Made by a program: the position numbers and the translations under genes. From Geosiphon pyriformis uo1 (Eukaryota > Fungi > Glomeromycota), in the NCBI GenBank assembly GCA_016748015.1, contig JAAOMT010000468.1, positions 496,001-560,000 on the forward strand: 64,000 bases of DNA, written 5' to 3'. Positions 1 to 12,935 of this stretch are shown here, piece after piece. Positions within the stretch are counted from its first letter, which is position 1; every line of letters begins with the position of its first letter. The notes under the pieces are model-generated. The model saw only the letters and a program-made list of their open reading frames with translations, searched no databases and was not told where the DNA came from.

Positions 1-633
1 TATAAAGTTAGAAACCAAGAAAAAATTTTTCACTGATCAGTGATCATCAAAAAGTGGCGTGATTAGTGATATAGTAAAAGGAGATGATTATCCTTTTTAT
101 CAAAGACGCGACGCTTATTTTGAATGTTATTCGTACAAATCTCTTATCATAAATAGGTTTTACTTTGATTTTGTTACCTTGAAATTTATTTTTCGTAATT
201 CCAGTCACTTTAAAATGGCACAACAAGAAGGATCGAAAAACCCTTTTTATGAAACTTCCATTTTTACCACTCAGACAGAACAGTTAACACAGAAAGTATC
301 TAAAGGGAATGTGAGTTCTGAAATAAGGACTCCAATTATTAGTTTATACCCACCACCAGTACGTGTGGGGTAAGTAGATAAAAAAAATATTTGATTATTT
401 TATAATAACATATAATCTATTAAAAATTATTCGGGTTATAAAACTGAATTTCATATATTGATATTATTTTTGCTTGATCAAATAGAATCCAATCTCCAAC
501 TGACAACATCTTATCTCCTTGTTCGGCAAAATTACAAGCAAAGAAAACCAAAACTTTTAATAAAGCGTGAGTAAAATTCATATTTGATCGAAAGTTCAAG
601 ATCGAAATATAATATAATTTATTAAGGGATAAT

Positions 634-675
<42 letters not shown>

Positions 676-1286
676 NNNNNNNNNNNNNNNNNNNNNNNNN
701 NNNNNNNNNNNNNNNNNNNNNNNNNNNNNNNNNNNNNNNNNNNNNNNNNNNNNNNNNNNNNNNNNNNNNNNNNNNNNNNNNNNNNNNNNNNNNNNNNNNN
801 NNNNNNNNNNNNNNNNNNNNNNNNNNNNNNNNNNNNNNNNNNNNNNNNNNNNNNNNNNNNNNNNNNNNNNNNNNNNNNNNNNNNNNNNNNNNNNNNNNNN
901 NNNNNNNNNNNNNNNNNNNNNNNNNNNNNNNNNNNNNNNNNNNNNNNNNNNNNNNNNNNNNNNNNNNNNNNNNNNNNNNNNNNNNNNNNNNNNNNNNNNN
1001 NNNNNNNNNNNNNNNNNNNNNNNNNNNNNNNNNNNNNNNNNNNNNNNNNNNNNNNNNNNNNNNNNNNNNNNNNNNNNNNNNNNNNNNNNNNNNNNNNNNN
1101 NNNNNNNNNNNNNNNNNNNNNNNNNNNNNNNNNNNNNNNNNNNNNNNNNNNNNNNNNNNNNNNNNNNNNNNNNNNNNNNNNNNNNNNNNNNNNNNNNNNN
1201 NNNNNNNNNNNNNNNNNNNNNNNNNNNNNNNNNNNNNNNNNNNNNNNNNNNNNNNNNNNNNNNNNNNNNNNNNNNNNNNNNNNNNN
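676..1286. other. Assembly gap (N run) flanked by poly-T (636-675) and poly-A (1301-1347)
   Basis: Ns seen directly. The ORFs 596..1294 and 622..1374 are artefacts of the gap. Confidence 0.99.
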
Positions 1287-1299
1287 AGAAACAATAAAG

Positions 1300-1352
<53 letters not shown>

Positions 1353-1418
1353 ATTCGGAATCAGGGTTCAACAATGTGACTATGACGAATTTTTCTATAT
1401 CCTCAAATTGATCTTAAT

Positions 1419-1440
1419 TGTGTGTATGTGTGTGTGTGTG
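1419..1440. repeat. (TG)n microsatellite upstream of the Hsp70 gene
   Basis: tgtgtgtatgtgtgtgtgtgtg seen directly. Confidence 0.85.
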
Positions 1441-1855
1441 CATACTTCCTTTTTTAAAAGTTTAAACTATCAGAGCTCGAAACTTTCAAAACAAATAATA
1501 AATTGAATATCATTCCAACTATTTTAAGAGAGATTTGCAAATGAAAAATTTCAAGGCAATTTACTGGAATAGTCTCAGGAAACGAAAATTTGGTTCAAAT
1601 TTTTGTTATCACCTTACAAAGTAAATAAAATAAATGATCGATAGAGCTATCGTTAAATTTCTGAACTAATGTACACGTCCAATCAAAATTCTCCAGCAAT
1701 TTTTTTAATTACAATAGGTGACACATACACACATATTAACGTGATTATTATTATTATTATCTACTATTTTTTTCCCTTCTCGTTTCTTACAACAACAACA
1801 AAAAAATAGGAAGCTCAAATTCACAACTTTTTCTTTTTGAAGGATTTTTAGGATA

Positions 1856-4800
1856 ATGTTTTCCCTTAAAAAAATTTATCTTTTTTGGGTTAGTTTCATT
1901 ATTTGGACTTTATTTCATGTCGCTTTTGAATGTGAAGGAGCTGTGATGGCCATAGACTATGGGACAGAATGGTTCAAAGTGGCCCTGGTAAAATCTGGTG
2001 TCCCAATGGACATTGTGCTGAACCGAGACTCCAAACGTAAAACACAGTCAGTTCTTACAATAAGGGAAAAAGAAAGATATTATGGCTCGGATTCTGTCAG
2101 CTTGGTATGTTACCCACGAATTCAACCTTTATGGCATTATAAAATCTTTTTTGTTAATTATTGTCATTCATTTCAATTCCTAGGCTACACGTTTCCCCCG
2201 AAATACTTTTTTCAGTTTAAAAAGGATTCTCGGTCGTAATTTTGATGATAAATTTTCCAGAGACTATAGAGATCTATATTCTAATGATATGATCCCTGAT
2301 TCACATCGGAATACTATCGCCTTTCAAGTCGATAATGAAACTTATTCTGTTGAAGAACTTGTGGCGATGCAATTTGCACATGCCAAAGAGCTCGCCCAGA
2401 CTACGGCTCAAGAAGTTGTACGCGATGTGGTCATCACGGTAAATGGTTAATTTAAAAACATTCCTACCACCTTCTCTAATCACACTCATGTATCTCACCT
2501 TACCCTCCTCTAATTTTGAAGGTACCACCTTTCTTTAACCAATTCGAAAGAAGAGCCATCCTTGACGCTGCCGATCTAGCTGGACTTAATGTTATTTCAC
2601 TAATTCATGATGAGACTGCTGGTAAATCAAGATATTGGTCTTCAAATGAATCTACTTTTAGTCTATAAAATTTTGCTAATCTATAATTGATCTTTACTAG
2701 TTGCCATAAATTACGCGATCAATCAATTCTCTTCGTTTAAAGACGATACACAACATCATATATTTTACGATATGGGGGCTGGAAGTACAGTGGCAAGTTT
2801 GATTAGTTTTAAAACCGCCACGATTAAAGATATTGGTCGTTTTAATAAATCGATTGTCCACGTGGATGTTAAATCGGTCGGTTACGATCGATCACTTGGT
2901 GGACAAGCATTCGATGTTCGCCTTCAAAAGCACTTGGCAAATGAGTTTGACAAGGCATACAAAGGCAAAACGGTTTCATCTGTATTTACCTCGGAGCGCG
3001 CAATGATCAAGTTGATGAAGGAAGCCAACCGAGTGAAGCAAATCCTGAGTGCTAATACGGAAACCATAGCCTCGGTAACTTGAAAAGTTCTTTCTTTCTT
3101 TCTTTCTTTTAAAACAAAAAAATTCTATATCATGTCCTTAATTCCCAAAGTTTTTCTCCCTCAGATTGAAAATTTGCATGAAGAATTTGATTTTCGGTTG
3201 CCGATTACTAGGTCAGAATTTGAAACTCTTTCTGCTGATCTTCTTGAACGTGTTAACGGTCCGATAGAACACGCACTTAAAATAGCAAATATGACAACGG
3301 TAGGTACAGTATTTTGACTTGAAAATTCGTCAGGATTTAACAATATTAATGTAATTATTATTTGTACTTTTCAAATCCAGGAAGATATTAAATCATTAGT
3401 CTTGGTTGGGGGTGGTGTTCGAATTCCAGCCATTCAATCGGCTCTTACCGAGATTTTGGGAGAGTAAGTAGGTTCAAACTAGATTCTAAAACTACCATTT
3501 CAAAAGGATAAATCATTGACAACTTTTGATATTTTAGGGAAAAAATCGCCAAGAATGTTAATGGAGATGAAGCGGCTGCTTTAGGGGCTGTTTTTAGGGG
3601 TGCAGGGTTGAGCGGCCAATTCAAAGTCAAGGAAATTAAAGTGAAAGACGTTACACTTTATCCTATTGATGTCGAATACGCATCGGATCCCAAGGAATCA
3701 GAAGATGGTATAAAAAATGTGAAATTTCCCACCTCTTAATATATATATATATACATAATATAATCAAATTTTCTTCTTTATTTCATTAAATTTAAAGGAA
3801 TATTGAAATCTAAAGTCCATCGTACGGTCTTATTCAAAGCTTTTTCTTCGATTGGCGTTCGAAAAGTCATGACCTTCAAACGCACCTCAGATTTTGAATT
3901 CGCTCTCAATTATAGCAATACGGTCAAAGAAACGATTAGTGAATTTGGTCCCACTGATATTGCTTCTGTCCAAGTCATTGGACTTTCCGAAGCAATCAAG
4001 CAATTACAAGATGTGAGCGTTGAACGCCCTAAAGTTAAAGTCACCCTAGAACTCTCAGATTCTGGAACTTTGTCAGCTACCGATGCCATTGCCACCATTG
4101 CGACCGAGCAAACTTCTTTTGCCGGTAATACGATGAAGAACATTCTTCAATACTTTTGTAATCATAATCACCTAACCTTTTCTTGCTTCTTTATACTATA
4201 GATAAGTTCAAATCTTTTTTCGGAGTGACCCCAAACACGACAGAGGAAGCCATAAAAGATATTCCAATTCCAGAGGTAATATTTTGGGAAATTTTTATGT
4301 AACATCTATTCATAAATTCTAATCTGAAGAATTTCAGGAATCTGTTGAAAGTCAAAATCCAACGTCTTCTACTACATCGGCGAACAATGAAACTGCTGAA
4401 AGTAGTGAGACTGAATCTCCTTCTTCAAAAAAAACAAAGATTGAGACGGTAAAACTAAGCCTTGTCGTGAGTTATTTAGGAATTCCTCCTATGAGTAAGG
4501 ATTCAAAAGAGAAGTCCTTTGATAGGTAATAGAGTAAAGTATTTTTTCTTTTTTTTCATATCTCCCCTAAACTCTACTTTTTTCCATCACTAGGTTAAGG
4601 TCAATGGACCAACATGATTTTGAAATTCGTGCTCGTGAAGAAGCCCGGAACAATCTCGAAGCTTTTGTATATCGCGTTCAGGATTTCCTTCACGATGATA
4701 TTGTCATTAAAGTGAGCTCTCCTGAAGAACGCAATAAGTTATTAACACAGTTGTCCGAGATCTCGGAATGGATATATGAGGGTGGTGAACAAGCTTCAAC

Positions 4801-4876
4801 TGACGACTATAAAGTTCGACTTGACCATCTCACGTTAGTAGTACACTATTTCTTTCACAATCAACATATAATTAAC

Positions 4877-4917
<41 letters not shown>

Positions 4918-5483
4918 TTTCTTCCAGTTCGCTACACAATCCCCTCGTTTTCCGTCAAAATGAATACAGGAAACGACCTGAAGCCGTTTCTTCGCTTAAG
5001 CAACTTATCCAGGCTGCACGCGAATATGTTCAACATATTCACAGAAATATTTCCCCCGACCATCGTTATCATTCTGATTACGAGCTTCAGAGAGTGAACG
5101 ACCTTTGTAATAACGCGGACAATTGGCTCAATCAAGTAGTTGCAAACCAAGGCTTTCTTTTGCCCCATGTTCAACCAGCATTCACCTCAATGGAAGTTGA
5201 AATCAGAAAACAAGAACTTCACAAAGAATATATGAGATTGGTCAATAAGAAACCACCCAGAAAAATTACGACTAGTGATACTTCCGCAAAATCACCTGAT
5301 CCCAATGAGACTAAACCAAAAACAGTTTCTGATGAAACTAATGCCGAGTCTGATTCTTCCTTTACCACTAATTCCTCATCTTTTCTAGATAACGAAACTT
5401 CTACCACATCGGGCCCTCAATCAACGTCGACAGAGGCCGATAAGGCAAACTTAAAAGAAAAAACAATACACGAAGAATTGTGA
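1856..5483 (+). CDS. LHS1: ER-lumenal large Hsp70 / nucleotide exchange factor (Lhs1/GRP170/HYOU1 family), 12 exons: 1856-2104, 2184-2438, 2522-2621, 2701-3074, 3165-3299, 3381-3463, 3538-3707, 3798-4124, 4202-4275, 4338-4525, 4594-4833, 4928-5483
   Basis: Signal peptide followed by [71 protein letters not shown] and [10 protein letters not shown]; C-terminal ER-retention motif HEEL. All 11 introns (62-94 nt) have GT..AG ends and keep the frame on manual splicing. Confidence 0.93.
4878..4916. repeat. (TGAT)n tetranucleotide microsatellite in the last intron
   Basis: About 10 tandem tgat units within intron 4834-4927. Confidence 0.95.
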
Positions 5484-6463
5484 TAAATTTATTTATTTCT
5501 AAGTTTTGGACAGTTTTAGAGAATGGTAGAATTTTTAAACTTGCAAAATTAGAAGTTCGAATTCAAAAGTGCTTTATACTTGAAAACTTTTTGAGTTAAT
5601 AATACTTTTAGCTTAATCAATTTAAGTTTATTAATTTTTTATTATGGCAAGTCTAGTGCTTGGTGCTATTGCAAAGATTAAAATGGCTTTTGTTGATTTT
5701 AAAAACAATATTAGGTTCTTTTGTGTAGAATTTGTATTTCAAGTTTCTCTGAATTCTGTTATTAAAATTAAGCTTGCCGATTTTATTTTTTTGGCCATTC
5801 TTAAAATTGCATAGTTTTTTATAATGTTTTTTTAAAAATTTATTAATCAAAAAAATTATTTTTTTGTAATATATTAAAAACCAAATTAGTTAATCTATTT
5901 TTTAATTAGTTTTAAGAAAGTTTTTAATAATAATAATAATAAATTAATATTTTATATTTAATAAAAATTTTTTAAATATTAATAATATTATAAATTAATA
6001 AACCAATTTACAAAAGCATTAATAATAAAATATATAAAACTAGATTAAATTTTTTTGAATTAAAGTTATAAGATTTGTTAAATATAATAAATTTAACTAT
6101 TAAGAAAGTTAAATTTTTTAATAAATTTAATTAGGTTTATTGTAATTATTTAAATAAATATTATTAATAATTCAAATTAAATACATTTTAAAAATAATTA
6201 TTAAATTGGTTAAAAGTTTTAATTGATTCAAAAATAAAAAAAAATGATTTATAAATGTTTATAATTTTAAAAATTAATTTTTAATTGTAATTAATTATAA
6301 TAATTTGTATAATAAATAAGTTTTGATTAATAAAAATACATCTTTGTCCAAAATTCTCAAAAGAGTCTAAAGTTTTTTCAAAAAAAGTTTTTTTACCATT
6401 CAGTACAATAAATCAAAACCATTTTTCAATTACGAGGCCACTGTTGGCTCTGTTATTGCTATT

Positions 6464-8262
6464 ATGAAGAAGGCTACCAAAGTTTTTGGTTCTGAAAGTG
6501 GTTTTAAGACGATTGCATCGAGGAAAAAGAGAAAGAGTAGTGTATTGGCAAAGAGTGTTGATAATAGTAAGGTTGCTGATAAAGCTCTTGGTAATTGTTC
6601 ATGGGATTCTGAAGCGGGTAACACTACTGAATCTGAGAGTATTGACATGGAGGAGGAGTGCTTGGTTGAGGAAACCAGTGTTGACTATGGTGAGAATAGT
6701 GCTTTCGCAGAAGAGGATCCTGATCAAATGCCTAAGAGTTTGCGTGTAAAGACCAAGAAGGTGTTAGGGAAGCCTCTGAGTATGATTGATTATGGTACTG
6801 TCAATATAGACGATGATGTGTTAGATGGTTTTTTCCTTCTCCCACCCCTTTTGCCTATCAAACTGTTCATTCAAGTGCCTGTTTGCAAGTCCTTTGCTTT
6901 GGATATTGATCTCATGGCTGTTGCTGAGAAATCATCTCAGGAGAAATTGAACTTTGTCAGAAAAATTTTCTCAGGTGTGAATGGTTTTGGGGGGCCTCTG
7001 CTCCCTCAAAATTTGGTGGAATTATCCGGGCATCTTTCACTTCCAAAAAGGCAATGATGGCAGCTGCTCAATTGGCAAATGATCATGGTGTTGTGGTAAA
7101 CACCAATCTTAAGTGTCCCATCAACAATCGTATGAATCGGGCAATTGTGTTGAAAAAAATTCCTGTGGGAACTTCCATCGAAGCAGTGCATGCAGCCATT
7201 TCTGAATTTGGGCTTATTAAGTCGATTAAAATGCAGTTGGTGAATCTATGACAAAAGGCGATCATCGAATTAGAAGATCAAATTCAGGCTGATCTCTTGG
7301 TGGCTAAGTGGTCTGTCCTTATTGGAAAAAATGCAGTGCATGTGATCTGAGCTGATGTTAACAAACAAATATGGGACACCAGAGATGAGTTCAGGGCTTT
7401 GCTTTACACTCTTCTTATGGGCACCACTGCTCATGATCTTTGGAACTTCATTGGTTTGGTTGGTGGGAAAACATGTGTTATTGAATGCAGTTCTGTCAGT
7501 TATGTCTAAGCACGCTGTGCTACTGTGTGCTTCGATTCTAAGAGTAGCCTTATTCAGGCAATGGCAAACACTCCTGTTATAAAAGGCATTGGTCTTCATT
7601 GGTTTCATTTGACTGCTGCACTGTGCTCAATTTGCAGAAATTCCAGTCATACTTCTTTTGCTTGTCATACTGCTAGTGCATCTTCAAGTCCTAGGAGCAA
7701 GAGAGCTTCTCTCTCAGCTCAGGATCAGCTCTGTCTGGCTAAAATATATGAAAAAAAATCTGTTCCCGTTTCCCACCCTTTGGCTTTCAGTGGAAAAACC
7801 TGGGCCTCTGTGGTTGGTAAACCACTTCTATTAGCGTCATTTAGTGGTTCAGCTTAATCTGGTTCTGTATTTTATGGTAAACCTCTCCCGACTGTTAGTG
7901 GTGAATTGGAAGACTGTTTGAAGAATATTGAGAGCAGTCTTGTCAGCCTCGCAGGACAAATTGGTGAGTTGGCTAAGAGGTTAGACTCATTCGTGCTGGC
8001 AGTTTCCCAGCCTAGTCTTGGATGTCAGCTGCCAGTGACCTTCCCATCACAGAATCAAGGGGAGGATATAGTGATGGGAGTGGATTCGGATGATACCACT
8101 AGTAACAAGACTGCTGCCATTATAAGTTCAACTGCCTCACCTGAGGTTGTGAAATTGGAAAACATGTTGAAAGGTCTCTCTGCTTTGGTCATGAGCCTAT
8201 CGGCACACTTGGATGATTTGGCTTTAGCAGGTGGTGTTCTTCCTTTACCTCTTTTTCAATGA
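6464..8262 (+). pseudogene. LINE A ORF1 (two RRM-like segments, one CCHC knuckle CSICRNSSHTSFAC, C-terminal coiled coil); frameshift and stops
   Basis: ORF pieces 6464..7057, 7054..7251, 7525..7857 and 7906..8262 are collinear with ORF1 of copies C and D. Confidence 0.85.
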
Positions 8263-11200
8263 GTGGTCTGGTGTGGAAAATTGCTACATGTAATGTTCAT
8301 GGGTTGAACAATCCTGCAAAGCAAGATGATGTCATTTGTTGGCATAGGAATATGGGCAATTTAGTTTCTATTTTCACTGAGTCAAAGCTTAAAGGGAAAG
8401 TTCGTCCGTGGTTGGCCAACAAATTTGATGGTGTTCGGGTTTTTACTTCTAGTCTGAATTCTGGTTCTTCAGGTGCTGGGGTGTTAATTGTCATGAATTT
8501 TTCTTTGGCAAGGCACATTTTCAAGGTTTCTGAGGTGCCCGGCCGGCTCCTCTCTATCAGACTTCTCTTCAAAAATAAACTTTTGGTTTCTGTTTTGGGT
8601 CTCTATGCTGGTGCCTCTTTAAGTGTCCGATTCTCACAGGCTGGCGACCTCAATTCTTTGATTGCTAAGGTGGTAAATGAATCTTTTTTTGTGGTCTTGG
8701 GTGGTAACTTCAATAAGGATGGCATTCGTAAGAGTGCCAGTTTCAAAAAGTGCTTTGATCTGGATCTGGTTAATGTCTTGGGTGGAAGTGTACTTGCAAA
8801 GACACTGACATGGGGTAACTCTTGTGGTGTTGTCAAGACCATTGACTATATGTTTGTCTCTTCGAGCTTGGTTAATGCTGTGGTGGATCATGGTGTGACT
8901 GGAATTGAGGACTTTTTTGATACTGATCATAAGGCTGTTTCTGTTTCTGTGGGTTTGGGTGGCTTGCTTGACTCTCAGCTAAATTTGATATGCAAGCAGG
9001 CTAATAAAGATTGTTGAAAGTTTGATTTTGGGAATGCTGGTGAGAAAAGGTGGAACAATTTTAAGGATGCTATGTTGGTTAATGGCCTAATGTTCTCGAG
9101 TGATTTTGCTGCTTCTGTGGAATTTTCAGATTTGGATGCTATGTGGGACATTGTATACAAAGTAATGGTTTTTTCAGCAGTTGAAACATTCAAAAAGAAA
9201 TGGTTTAAGGGTTATAATGAGGTTTTTACCAAGAGTTCTTTTAGGTTTTACAAGCTTGAGTTGCTGGTATCCAAGCTGGTTAAGGCATCTTGTTTGTTGT
9301 CTAGTGTGGAATTTGTGTCATTGTTAAATACATGGGAGAAGTTCGATGTCAATGGTGCTTTGGTGGTAAAGTCTTTATTTCTTTCAAGCTCCAGTTTTGA
9401 AAGGATTTGCTCAGCTCTGGCTAAGACAAGGAAGTCTTACCACTCTGCTAAGTTGCTGGAATCCAAACGTGCTAAGGAATCCTGTATTAGAGTGGCTATT
9501 AATAGAAGAATGGAAAGTTTCAAATTAGACAAGAGTCACACTATTAGGAGTGTTTTGGAGCATCCCTTTCACAAAGTGGTACTGGATCATCTGGTTGTAA
9601 GTGATGAGTTGATTTTAGAGTCCAGCTCAGTCAAGGCTAGGGTGGATGGGATTATGGAAGGCTGGACCAGGAAGTGCAAGGTGGTGCCAGATATCTCCAA
9701 TATTTGGTCTCGCCAGTACAAGCCTTTGGAGTATGTTTTTGATGGTGCATTTTCTGGTGTAATGTGTCCTGTTGATTTCAATGAGTTGTTCAGTGTGGTT
9801 TCTGGTCTGCTTGAGAGCAAGACTGCTGGTCTTTCTGGGATTTTGAACAAGCTCTGGAAACACTGTGACAGATCAATTTTGGACATGCTTTTGGTGCTTT
9901 TAAATTCTTGTTTGATTCATGAGTCAATACTTAGTGCTTGGAAAGAAGCCTGGGTCTCAATGATTCCTAAGCTGTATGAGTGGGAAGGAGTTCTTACAAA
10001 CACCCGACCTATTGCCTTGATTGAAATTGCTCACAAGATTCTTTCAGATAGGATCTCATTGGCTTGTAGTACTTTTGATGTTCTGTGTGGGGACAATTTT
10101 TTGGTTTTAAAAGGTATGACAACACAGTCTCCCATTTTTGCCATTGATTTGGTTATTGAGGATGCTTTGGAGAAGAATCGTGGGCTCTGGTTGGTCTTGT
10201 AAGACATGTGGAAGGCTTATGATTCTGTTGGGTGGGAACACCTTCAGGACAGTTTGGTTAGGATAAAAATGTGTAGCAGGTTCATTAGGTTCTTTGGCAG
10301 CATCTACAGTGGTCGCGTTAACAGAGTTATGACGGATTTTGGTTTGACAGATAGGTATGTGGTGCATGATGGCTTGGACCAGGGGGAGGTGTTCTCACCA
10401 CTCCTCTGGCACATATTTTATGATCTTCTTTTGTGTGAAGTTAAGAGACAGACAGATGGGTGTGACTATAGATTGAATTCTCATTTTATTTCTAGATGTG
10501 GTCATGCTGAGTCTCAGGCTAGTGTATCTTTATTTTTCGCAGCGGGTGCCTTTGTTGATGATACTATATGGGTTGGCAGCAGTTAAAGTGCCATACAACA
10601 CATTCTCAATATTGCTAGTGAATTTTTCAATATCAATAACATCTCGATTAATAATAATAAGACTGTTGCCATTCCCATCAATTGTGATGGTATGGCTTTC
10701 TCTTTGCTGATCAGTGGGTCATCTATTTCTATTGCCAAGAAGGGGGAATTGCATCGCTATTTGGGGATTTATTTGTCAACTGAGGGTCTTTCGAAGCCTA
10801 GTTTGGCTAAAGCGCATTCTGATGTCCGGTTTTTTTCTAATTTAGTCCTGAAAAAGGCAGTATCTAATAAGCAACTTTTATATTTGGTTTCGGTGGTTCT
10901 CTTTCTTATCATTGGATATAGAACACAGTTCAGTTATATTCCTATTAGTTCTTGTAGAAAGTGTGACACTTTGATTCGTAAGGGCTTGAGATCTAAGTCT
11001 GGTTTGTCACATGATTTCCCTAATAATGCAATTCATCATCCTTCTCTGTATGGTTTGAAGACTTTTGAGCAAGTTCAAGCTGAGAGCAAGTTGGCTTCAG
11101 TCATTTTTTTTGCGAACTCTGTTGGGATTTTGGGGCGTCTATTTTCTCACCGGTCACATGATCTGCAGGTCTTCTACTGGTGCCCGCTACATCCGTTGCA

Positions 11201-12935
11201 GTGTCTGGTTCGTGTCAAAGTCAATTCTCTAAACAATTTTCTGGCGGGTGTGGTGCATATTTTTTCTGGGTGTAATTTGTTATTGGGTGGCTCTCTGACT
11301 AGTGCTTTTTGTTGTCAGGATGGAACCCCTATGTTTCTTGTTCTTGGTGAATCAAATTATGTCAAGAGTGTCTCTTCACTTCAGCATTATGGGATTGCTT
11401 TCATAGACCAGCTACAGGACCAAAATGGGACTGTTTTCGAGTGGAAGACCTTCAAATAGTGGAAGCGGTTAGACCCACATGGTCCAGTTCCTGTCTGATT
11501 TGAGCTGTCAGTTTGTTTTCTTGGTGGCGTGTCTTCTCTTCCTGTCTGCTCCACGCTTTTGGCTGATCACGGCTCTTCGGATGTTCTTCAGTCTCATGAA
11601 TTTGGCATCATTGGCGCCAGTTTATTCAATTCTAATGTTGGTTGTTTTTCCATTTACACAGATGGATCTCTAAGTGATTTAGGGACTGTTGATATGAAAG
11701 CTGGGGCTGCTGTTTTCTTTGAGAACATTGGTATGGGTTTGGGTGTAGGGGTATCTGGTTTGATGTCTTCTATCTTGATGGAACTGCAGACTATTGCTCT
11801 GGCACTTGAGTGCATCCCTTCTTCTTGCTCAGTCGACTTGTTCTCAGACAGTCAGGCTGTTTTGAATGTTTGCAGATTGGAAATAGAATTGGTTCACCCA
11901 AATTTTAGGAATTGGTGTTGGATTGAACACCACCATATTGTTAATGTCATTCGTCGTAAGAATTTAAAAGTTAATTGGTATAAGGTAAAAAGATACTCAG
12001 GGGTTTTAGGCAATGAACGAGCTAATAAGTTGGCCAGAGCTGCAGCTCTCTCTGGTTGACATCTGCCCTATTCTGTTGATGAACGCTATCTTAGGGGTGG
12101 GAGAGCAGCCATTTCTGGTAATTCTAGACATTTTGTTCAGGATATTTTTTGGTCAGTTCATCATGCACATTGGGAAATCAGTTGTGGTATAGGGGTGGTG
12201 GCGGATAGTCTGCGTACAGATATTGATTGGTTTAGATTGTCACTGGTTTGACATCCAGATTCTCACATGGCTGCTGGCTTCACTAGCAAGTGAACTGCTG
12301 GTTTTTGGACTTACTTTATGAAAACATTGCACCATCAGCTCCCTGTTGCCATGCATAAGCGGCTTTATAATAAGTGATACCCCAGTGAGATGTGTTTGTT
12401 TTGCAGTGATGTCGAGATCTCAGACCATGTGTTTTCTTGTTTATTTGATGCCAATAGTCGTGCTCAGTTGTTGGACACTCATGCAGCAGTTTGGGGTGTG
12501 CACTCTAGTTTGGTTCATTCTTCCTCAGGTGTCTCGCAGCTGATGTCTACTTGTGTATCTGACATTTCAGTTAGTACTGTTCTATGCAAAGGTTTTGTTT
12601 TCAAGGATTGGTTTTGTGAGTTTGTTTCTGTCTTCAAGGGTTCCAGGATAGCGGATCAGAACATTGTGGCCTTTGTGCATAAGTTTAGCTTGGCTTTTTG
12701 GGAAGACATTTGGTTGGTTCACGCCAAGCACTGTGCTTTTATGGAAAAAAATAGGCTTATTCCATGCGATGGGTCAGTTCTTGTCTCAATTTCTGGGCTT
12801 TCTTTAGGGCTGTCATCTGGTGTGACTCAGCTGCTGGGAGTTGCTAAGATGATTGGTATTGGTTTTGGATTCCGTAAGTCTTGTTTGTTTTTTTCAGGCA
12901 TAAGGGATGAGGTTTTTGTTCATATAGGTGCTTAG
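8259..12935 (+). pseudogene. LINE A ORF2: AP endonuclease, reverse transcriptase, RNase H, CxxC..H..C zinc finger
   Basis: IATCNVHG, TESKL, IDYMFVS, TDHKAV (APE); RPIALIE, KAYDSV, QGEVFSPLLW, AFVDDT (RT); YTDGS, FSDSQ, GNERAN (RNase H, ~11650-12055); CLFCSDVEISDHVFSC. Interrupted by in-frame stops. Confidence 0.92.

Noticed and set aside
59-373. 104-aa ORF
   Set aside because: GTG start, no recognisable motifs or splice partners; likely chance.
596-1374. Long ORFs across the N run
   Set aside because: Artefacts of the assembly gap and homopolymers.
5653-5850. 65-aa minus-strand ORF
   Set aside because: K/N-rich translation of AT-rich DNA; no domain.
9000-9030. Stop after the APE domain at the same codon in copies A and C, suggesting a split ORF2
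   Set aside because: It is TGG>TGA at a Trp codon; copy D retains TGG (NCWKFDF), so it is a recurrent mutation.
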